Positions 58,340 to 64,000 of a DNA stretch of 64,000 bases are shown piece after piece (positions within the stretch are counted from its first letter, which is position 1; each line of letters begins with the position of its first letter). The notes below the pieces were generated by a model. That model was not told where the DNA came from. It did not search any database and saw nothing but the letters and a program-made list of their open reading frames with translations. Both the position numbers and the translations under genes were made by a program. Location of the stretch: positions 140,795 to 204,794 of the IMG/VR virus record IMGVR_UViG_3300008448_000001. The stretch is one strand, 5' to 3'.

Positions 58340-58855
58340 ATGATTATGAGATTTAAGAAATCGTTGATTGAGATCACGCACGATGAGGGATATGCAGATG
58401 ATTTGATAGGTCACATCAACAACGCCCTCAAAGGTAAAGACATGCGAGCCGAGCGTATTGTCGGCAAAACACAAGCTTTCAGTCTGGAAGGAATCCCAGA
58501 CGGTTGGGATCCGGTGAGGGTTGGAAGACCTGTCGCCGGCGAATTTTTTATCAACGGAGCCGGCAAGGTGGTGCCGGCTGGCCCTGGCACTTACCTTGAC
58601 GGCACTGTCATCGTCCGAAAGATCGAGAAGCCAAAGCAGTACCGGCACTTTGCGAATGCGGCGGAAGCGGACCCCATGCGGAATGTGCTTCTAAGATTCA
58701 AGACTCCGGCTATTGGAGAAGAGGATTCGAAGTTTCGAGTTGTTTTTTTAATGTCAAAACAAGTAGGTATCGGGCCTCAAGTCTACAGCTACGAAGAGGC
58801 ATTCAATCTTTTCCAGTCCGAGCACGGCGACCCCTTCGGCGTCAAGCTGTTTTAG
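58340..58855 (+). CDS. hypothetical phage protein
   Basis: YRHFANAAEA...DPFGV. Confidence 0.65.
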   Translation: MIMRFKKSLIEITHDEGYADDLIGHINNALKGKDMRAERIVGKTQAFSLEGIPDGWDPVRVGRPVAGEFFINGAGKVVPAGPGTYLDGTVIVRKIEKPKQYRHFANAAEADPMRNVLLRFKTPAIGEEDSKFRVVFLMSKQVGIGPQVYSYEEAFNLFQSEHGDPFGVKLF

Positions 58856-58985
58856 TGGTTTTTTTTATTCAGGAGATTGATTATGAGCGACACAGGAATC
58901 CCGTTTGGTGTCGAAATAACGGAGCTTGAGTCGTAAATCCACGTGGCAACCGCAATTTCTTTGAACTTAACTGGAGTAACAAAAC

Positions 58986-59378
58986 ATGGGAATGGGATAC
59001 GCCGCTTGCAGCGCAAAAGCTTTTGAATACGAAACCGTGAAAGCGCTTTGCCCGCAAGAAATAGCTGCGATTGAAAACCACGCCGAGTTTGAAAGCTGGG
59101 GCAATCTCGCTGAAAGCTTGCTAGCCGAAACTACCGAAGAGCAAACAAACGTGCTTGTCGGAAACCTGCTCGCAGCTTTTAACAAAGCTACCGAGGTCGA
59201 CGGTAAAGGCCTTACACTGTCTTTTACCTACTACAACAAAGATAACGGCGGGAGTTACGATGAAACCCGCGCGCACGACGACTGCATTTTCGAAGTCCAC
59301 GGCACACTGCAGCTGACACCTGCCGGTGAAAAGTTCAAGGACAAAACGCAAGACGTCTCTTACGCTGCATTCATGTAA
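58986..59378 (+). CDS. hypothetical protein
   Basis: RBS GGAG; MGMGY start. Confidence 0.65.
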   Translation: MGMGYAACSAKAFEYETVKALCPQEIAAIENHAEFESWGNLAESLLAETTEEQTNVLVGNLLAAFNKATEVDGKGLTLSFTYYNKDNGGSYDETRAHDDCIFEVHGTLQLTPAGEKFKDKTQDVSYAAFM

Positions 59379-59397
59379 TTTTGCTTTAGGAACAAAG

Positions 59398-59694
59398 ATG
59401 AAACACGAAAAAATTATACGACGCGACGACGGAAGTCGCGTCAAGATAGAAGTGCTCTTAAGTTTAGGTGTTTATTCCGACGCAGTGGAATGGCGTTTTG
59501 CAACTTACAAGTGCGAAAAGGGCAAGAGAACGTGGCAAACTGCCATTGATCCGTTTGCGTACGAGCTACGCGGTCTCGCGGATAGGGACAAAAAGGCTCG
59601 CGAACGTCACTTGAAATTACAGCTGGCAACCGAAGAAGAAGTTGAAGCTGTGATGCTCGAGCTTTTAGCCAAAATCAAACCAGTAGTAAGTTAG
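59398..59694 (+). CDS. hypothetical protein
   Basis: RBS AGGA before ATG 59398. Confidence 0.65.
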   Translation: MKHEKIIRRDDGSRVKIEVLLSLGVYSDAVEWRFATYKCEKGKRTWQTAIDPFAYELRGLADRDKKARERHLKLQLATEEEVEAVMLELLAKIKPVVS

Positions 59695-59702
59695 GAGCAA
59701 AA

Positions 59703-59966
59703 ATGCGTAGGTCTTCCAAAGAAATGTCTGTTGAAGCTTCCACGGCGTTGTTTTTCATCATAGGCGTTGGGCTCATGATAACAGGGTTTAGCCTAGCGGC
59801 TTGGAGTTCTTTTACAAGTTCCAACAAAAAGTGGACAGTCCACGCTGACGGCCAAAGCTTCGAATCGCTCAAGCAAGTCACGCTAACCGGCAATTACGTC
59901 GAATACGCTACACCGGACGGGAAGCGTATCGTTTTCCACGGATCATTTACCGCGGTAGAGCAGTGA
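59703..59966 (+). CDS. membrane protein
   Basis: RBS AGGAG; TM ALFFIIGVGLMITGFSLAAW. Confidence 0.65.
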   Translation: MRRSSKEMSVEASTALFFIIGVGLMITGFSLAAWSSFTSSNKKWTVHADGQSFESLKQVTLTGNYVEYATPDGKRIVFHGSFTAVEQ

Positions 59967-59997
59967 TTGAGTTTCAAAAGGACAACAAGGGACACAC

Positions 59998-60345
59998 ATG
60001 AAAGTAAAAGGCGGGCCTGCTTCCCGTAAAAAGCAATACCAGCAAGTTCAAATCCCGGATGTGCTCGACGAATCTCTGGCCAACACCCAGCTGACGCTGC
60101 GAACGCAGAACACACTGGAGAAGCACGGGATATGTACTATCCGAGATCTGACCGCAAAAACGGTCGCGGACCTGATGAGCATTCCCAACCTGGGGCAAAT
60201 CACGATTCAGACCTTGCGAGCGTTTTTAGACAGCCTCTGCGTTGCGCACAGGTTGAACGAAAGCGACGAGGTTCAAATACAGACCGCCAAGAAGCGATTA
60301 GACGCACAGAAGCGGAAAACCGCCCCTGTGCAGCCCAAGCAGTGA
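59998..60345 (+). CDS. RNA polymerase alpha subunit C-terminal-domain-like protein
   Basis: LTLRTQNTLEKHGICTIRDL...DLMSIPNLGQITIQ matches the alpha-CTD consensus LSVRSxNCLKxxGIxTIGDL...LLKxxNLGxKS. Confidence 0.85.
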   Translation: MKVKGGPASRKKQYQQVQIPDVLDESLANTQLTLRTQNTLEKHGICTIRDLTAKTVADLMSIPNLGQITIQTLRAFLDSLCVAHRLNESDEVQIQTAKKRLDAQKRKTAPVQPKQ

Positions 60346-60388
60346 AAAACACTTCCAGCGGGCTCCCAGGGGCCTAGAAAGGGATGTT

Positions 60389-60688
60389 ATGAAGGTCAAC
60401 GACGAGGTAAAGCGGATGGTGATTCAATCCCGTAAAAAGGGACGCCAGCCGTCGATGTTCAGACCGGACTACTACGTCAACGATTTAGAGTTCAAGTTTG
60501 AGCGGTGGCTATACAGCCAAGGGTTCCGCCCTGGTGACGAGCACATGCTCGGAAGAACCGTAAAAGTGCCTTCGCTATCGCCGCAGTTGGTAAATCAATA
60601 CGTAGGAAACGTCAGCAACGAGGACTGGCCGCAGATCTGCGTGTTCGCCAGTCGATTAGTAAATCTTCAAAAGCTAGAGCAGAATTAA
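60389..60688 (+). CDS. hypothetical protein
   Basis: RBS AAGGGA; 99 aa. Confidence 0.6.
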   Translation: MKVNDEVKRMVIQSRKKGRQPSMFRPDYYVNDLEFKFERWLYSQGFRPGDEHMLGRTVKVPSLSPQLVNQYVGNVSNEDWPQICVFASRLVNLQKLEQN

Positions 60689-60699
60689 CGCAGCTTTTT

Positions 60700-60999
60700 C
60701 TGCAATGTGCGCTTATCCATATTTTCATTATCCTAACGGATAAATGAAAACGCGATTGTACTCGTATAGGCGTTCTGCTGTGTCGTTCTGTCGTCTAAGC
60801 AGCAGCCGCAGCTTCTGCCATGGTCAATAAAGAACACTACCGCCTGTAAAGCTTATTTTGGGCTAAAGGCAGCTACCCAAAGACGTGTTTCTTACGCCAC
60901 AAGAAAGGATATAAATAATAATAATAATCGGAACTACTCGGTTTTTGGGTTTCTATTATCCGTTAGGATAATGGAAATATGGATAAAAGCACATGGCAG
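60700..60999. repeat. 44-bp inverted repeat flanking a 212-bp spacer (candidate origin or invertible element)
   Basis: 60700-60743 vs 60956-60999, 40/44 complementary; TTATCC motifs; AT-rich (AAT)n tract inside. Confidence 0.85.
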
Positions 61000-61050
61000 G
61001 ATTCGTCCTGCTAATTCTGGGAGGAGGTCAGCATTAAAGCTACTGGAAAG

Positions 61051-61953
61051 TTGCCCGGTTATTGCAAAACAATCAAATACCAACCGTCTAGGTTTTGTTT
61101 ACCTTACAAGCTGCTTTCTTCTTGTGTGCTGCACTTGAATCGAAAGCGAAAAGCTTTTCACCGTGTTCTAATGTTTCAGTACCGTTATCGCTTGCAGCTT
61201 AAGTCTTACGTTGCTGCGTTAAACGTTCGCCGTAAGCGTGCGCAACGAGAAGCCGATGAACTGGGTGTTGAGCCGTCTTCGATTGACTCCACGGATTTCA
61301 AAGGTGAGTTTCTTAAACTGGTGCGGCAGTGCAATTGCCCTGCTCCTGGTTGCAGCTACACGCCTTCGCCGCTGTTTCACTGTGGAAACCCTAAAACTTG
61401 CCCGTTTTGTTTTGTTCGACTGCGATTAATCCCTGTTTATGAGGGTGTTATGTCGCTCGGCGAATCTGTTTTAGCTAATTCGATGCTGATCGGCTGGTCT
61501 CGTAAGTGTTCCTTCGAAGATGGTCTACCGTTCTTTTCCCGTAGAACGGGTCCGCACGGGTGGACGAAAGCCGCTTTTAGTGTGCAAGTTGCAGTGCCTT
61601 TTTACGAACGCAAACTGCTGGCGGAACCCGAGGAGATTCGCGGTCGGATTAAAAGGTTCGAGTACCTTCCGGTGATTTTCCACGTTGGACTGCACGTGGT
61701 TCCGGCGGATGGCAACGGGCTGGATGTCTTCCGTAAAAAGCGTGAGGCGTTAAAACTAACGTCGGTGCCTTACGCTTCGTTGGTTGGTTTGAGTCCGGAA
61801 GAGCGTGAGGCCCGTTTGCGCTCCGTTATGCAACAGCTTTTTGCGTTCCGCTGGGAACCGTTTTTCACTCCGGACGCGAAGCTTGTTTTTCGGACGGTTC
61901 ACGATTGTTTTCGGGATCAGAATTTAATTCGTTTTCAAAAGAGGAAAGACTGA
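61051..61953 (+). CDS. Cys-rich hypothetical protein (zinc-binding; start uncertain)
   Basis: CNCPAPGC, CGNPKTCPFC; TGATG-coupled to the next gene. Confidence 0.6.
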   Translation: MPGYCKTIKYQPSRFCLPYKLLSSCVLHLNRKRKAFHRVLMFQYRYRLQLKSYVAALNVRRKRAQREADELGVEPSSIDSTDFKGEFLKLVRQCNCPAPGCSYTPSPLFHCGNPKTCPFCFVRLRLIPVYEGVMSLGESVLANSMLIGWSRKCSFEDGLPFFSRRTGPHGWTKAAFSVQVAVPFYERKLLAEPEEIRGRIKRFEYLPVIFHVGLHVVPADGNGLDVFRKKREALKLTSVPYASLVGLSPEEREARLRSVMQQLFAFRWEPFFTPDAKLVFRTVHDCFRDQNLIRFQKRKD

Positions 61954-63689
61954 TGTCAGAAAGAAACCGTAAAATTGCTGAGTATTTAAAAGCTATTGCT
62001 CTGCTCATCGAAAGCGATTCCGTGTCGCAGACCTGCGAGCAACCGCTCGTAATACCTGAGGGGTGGCGGGAGTTGTCGCCGGATGAGGTGCCAAGATTGG
62101 GGGATATGGCGGAACAGCTGGGTGCTTGGCGTGCGCGGAAATCTGTTGGCAGTAAGGCCTACGAATTGTACGAAGTTCGCCATATTCGCAAAATCGAAAC
62201 CGCCAACCCTTCGGAAACTCCGAATAGTTTGATTCCCGATCCAGGGCCGGGCTATCGGTTGCTGAGCAAAGAGCCACCGGAACCTGTGCGGGAGGGCGAT
62301 GAATTCTGGCAGAAATTAAAGGGGGAGTGGGTTGAGATTGCAGAATTCGTGCACGAAACCCGTCAGCAAGCTCCGTCATACTACTATCGTCGCAAGATCG
62401 AAACCGCCGAAACCGCCAACCCTTCGGAAACTCCGAACAGCTCGACTTGGATTCCAAAGATCGGCGACAAGGTGTGGGTTTCCATACCGGGGCGGGCTGT
62501 GAGCGGGCTTGAGTGCCTTGTGGAAGGCAAATACAGCGAGGGGTATGTCGTCAGTAGCATTTGCGGTTTCTTTAGGTCGACAGGAATTGAAGCAAAAGAT
62601 CTCCAACTGATCGAGGCCGCGAACCCTTCGGAAACTCCGAACAGTTGGGCGCCAGATCCGGGCGAAGGCTATCGGTTGCTAAGCAAAGATCCTTCGGAGC
62701 AAACGATTAAGGGTGATGACATTTGGGTAACGCTTTCCCAGAAATGGATCGAATCCGATGGCTGGAAAACTGTTGGCGGTCCGCAGTCTGCCGGACGATA
62801 TTACCGGAGAAAGCTTGAGCCTGCCGTGCCTGCCGAGTGGGTTCCGAAGACCGGTGACTGGGTGAAGGTCAACAAGCATGTAGGCAATCCCGGTCGAAGG
62901 AAGTATTGGAACGAGCAGATGGACCTTTACAATCACAAGATTGGTTGTGTTTCCGCAGTCAACGTGGATCGCGGATTCGCGACCATTGCAGGTTTCACGC
63001 GAGAAGGCTACTACCATTGGCAGTTTGATTTCGATTGGCTTGAACCTGCAGAAGCCCCTGCCGACCATATTGCCGACGTCAACAAAATGGTCAATCCTTC
63101 GGAAATCCCGAACAGTTCGGCGCCTACCGAGTGGATTCCCAGGGTGGGCGATAAGGTGCGGGTGATAAAACCGGACAGGCGTGTTACCGGCTTAGCTGGA
63201 GTCATCGTTGAAGATACGAAAGGAGAGTACGCAGTGCGTGTTTTAAACGCAAAGCTTACGTCGTATGAACTTGAGGCAAAAGACCTCCAGCTCATCGAAC
63301 CATCTAACCTTCCGGAAACTCCGGATAGTTCGAAGCCCGATCCTGGCGAAGGCTATCGGTTGCTAAGCAAAGAGCCACCGGAGGATTTACAGCCGGGCGA
63401 CGATTTCCACAGCAAAGGAGAATGGCAGCCGTCAGTGAGAGCTAACGACGACATTGCGGAGCAGGATAAGTGCTACTACCGTCGCAAGATCGAGCCTGCC
63501 CAATGGATTCCCAGGGTGGGCGATAAGGTGCGGGTGGTTGGCGTAGCTGATGTTACTCCCGCAGTCGGGATTGTGCGTTCATTGAATCCAAACACTCGCT
63601 GGGCGTATTTTCATTCTGTTTCTAAGGATGGTGGCTATGCTGACTGGTTTCGATTTGAAGACCTTGAACTCGTCGAGGCCGCAAAATGA
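61953..63689 (+). CDS. modular repeat protein (GYRLL..YYRRK and W.PKVGDKV SH3-like domains joined by NPSETPNS linkers)
   Basis: Alternating repeated domains visible in the translation. Confidence 0.75.
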   Translation: MSERNRKIAEYLKAIALLIESDSVSQTCEQPLVIPEGWRELSPDEVPRLGDMAEQLGAWRARKSVGSKAYELYEVRHIRKIETANPSETPNSLIPDPGPGYRLLSKEPPEPVREGDEFWQKLKGEWVEIAEFVHETRQQAPSYYYRRKIETAETANPSETPNSSTWIPKIGDKVWVSIPGRAVSGLECLVEGKYSEGYVVSSICGFFRSTGIEAKDLQLIEAANPSETPNSWAPDPGEGYRLLSKDPSEQTIKGDDIWVTLSQKWIESDGWKTVGGPQSAGRYYRRKLEPAVPAEWVPKTGDWVKVNKHVGNPGRRKYWNEQMDLYNHKIGCVSAVNVDRGFATIAGFTREGYYHWQFDFDWLEPAEAPADHIADVNKMVNPSEIPNSSAPTEWIPRVGDKVRVIKPDRRVTGLAGVIVEDTKGEYAVRVLNAKLTSYELEAKDLQLIEPSNLPETPDSSKPDPGEGYRLLSKEPPEDLQPGDDFHSKGEWQPSVRANDDIAEQDKCYYRRKIEPAQWIPRVGDKVRVVGVADVTPAVGIVRSLNPNTRWAYFHSVSKDGGYADWFRFEDLELVEAAK

Positions 63690-63961
63690 TGGTTGAGCAA
63701 CAATTAACCGAGTTGATCCGCGAACTTTACGCGGTGCCGGAATGCGGAGTTGGCGGGCCGTTGCATATCGTTTTGGACGATGGCAACATCGACGACGAAA
63801 GCATCTATTTTTGCATGCGGTCAATGCGAGAGCACGAGACGGTTGTGCAAGGAATGAACGGCAACGCGATAATCAAAATTTGCGAGGAGATAGCAGATGC
63901 GTTGCTAGAATTTACGCAAGAGAAACGTGAAGAACTTTACGAAATGAACTGGGGGAGATAG
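63686..63961 (+). CDS. hypothetical phage protein
   Basis: GGPLHIVLDDGNIDD motif. Confidence 0.7.
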   Translation: MMVEQQLTELIRELYAVPECGVGGPLHIVLDDGNIDDESIYFCMRSMREHETVVQGMNGNAIIKICEEIADALLEFTQEKREELYEMNWGR

Positions 63962-64000
63962 TGAAACGAATTTACATTTCTGGGCCGATGAAGGGGATAG
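63961..64000 (+). CDS. DUF4406-like protein (3'-truncated)
   Basis: RBS GGGGAG; MKRIYISGPMKG N-terminus. Confidence 0.55.
   Translation, partial: MKRIYISGPMKGI

Noticed and set aside
1-64000. Stop-codon reassignment as seen in some large phages
   Set aside because: Long genes are intact in code 11 and TAA, TAG and TGA all occur at tightly coupled gene ends

Overview
A 64-kb segment of a large tailed (contractile-tail, probably jumbo) bacteriophage genome in the standard genetic code, almost entirely coded on the + strand. 1-25.2 kb is a late/structural operon: baseplate hub-, gp25- and J-like proteins, an embedded sigma-70-family factor, an inserted cassette of two proteases (a matrixin with a cysteine switch and a papain-like C1 peptidase) plus membrane proteins and a lipoprotein, five paralogous Cys-rich tail proteins, a collagen-like fibre and glycosyltransferases. 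26-64 kb is an early/accessory region: three pentapeptide-repeat paralogs, a CAT-anticodon tRNA, CsrA-like and RNAP alpha-CTD-like proteins, a DUF1257/DUF2997/AAA operon, gp88-like, primase-like, RNase H, dCTP deaminase, methyltransferase and GHKL ATPase genes, and two isolated minus-strand genes (terminase large subunit and a KxA-rich protein). The most striking unexplained signals are non-coding: (i) a ~0.85-kb array at 31.07-31.91 kb with three tRNA-shaped RNAs whose anticodon arms are replaced by unrelated structured inserts, interleaved with repeated mini-pseudoknots; (ii) a ~0.85-kb densely base-paired region with no credible ORF at 25.26-26.12 kb (large ncRNA candidate); (iii) a 44-bp inverted repeat with DnaA-box-like motifs at 60.7-61.0 kb; (iv) in-frame DNA palindromes with a compensatory change that punctuate a modular protein at 62-63.7 kb. 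Several proteins suggest a Planctomycetota host (inference). All family assignments are by-eye motif recognition; no searches were run.
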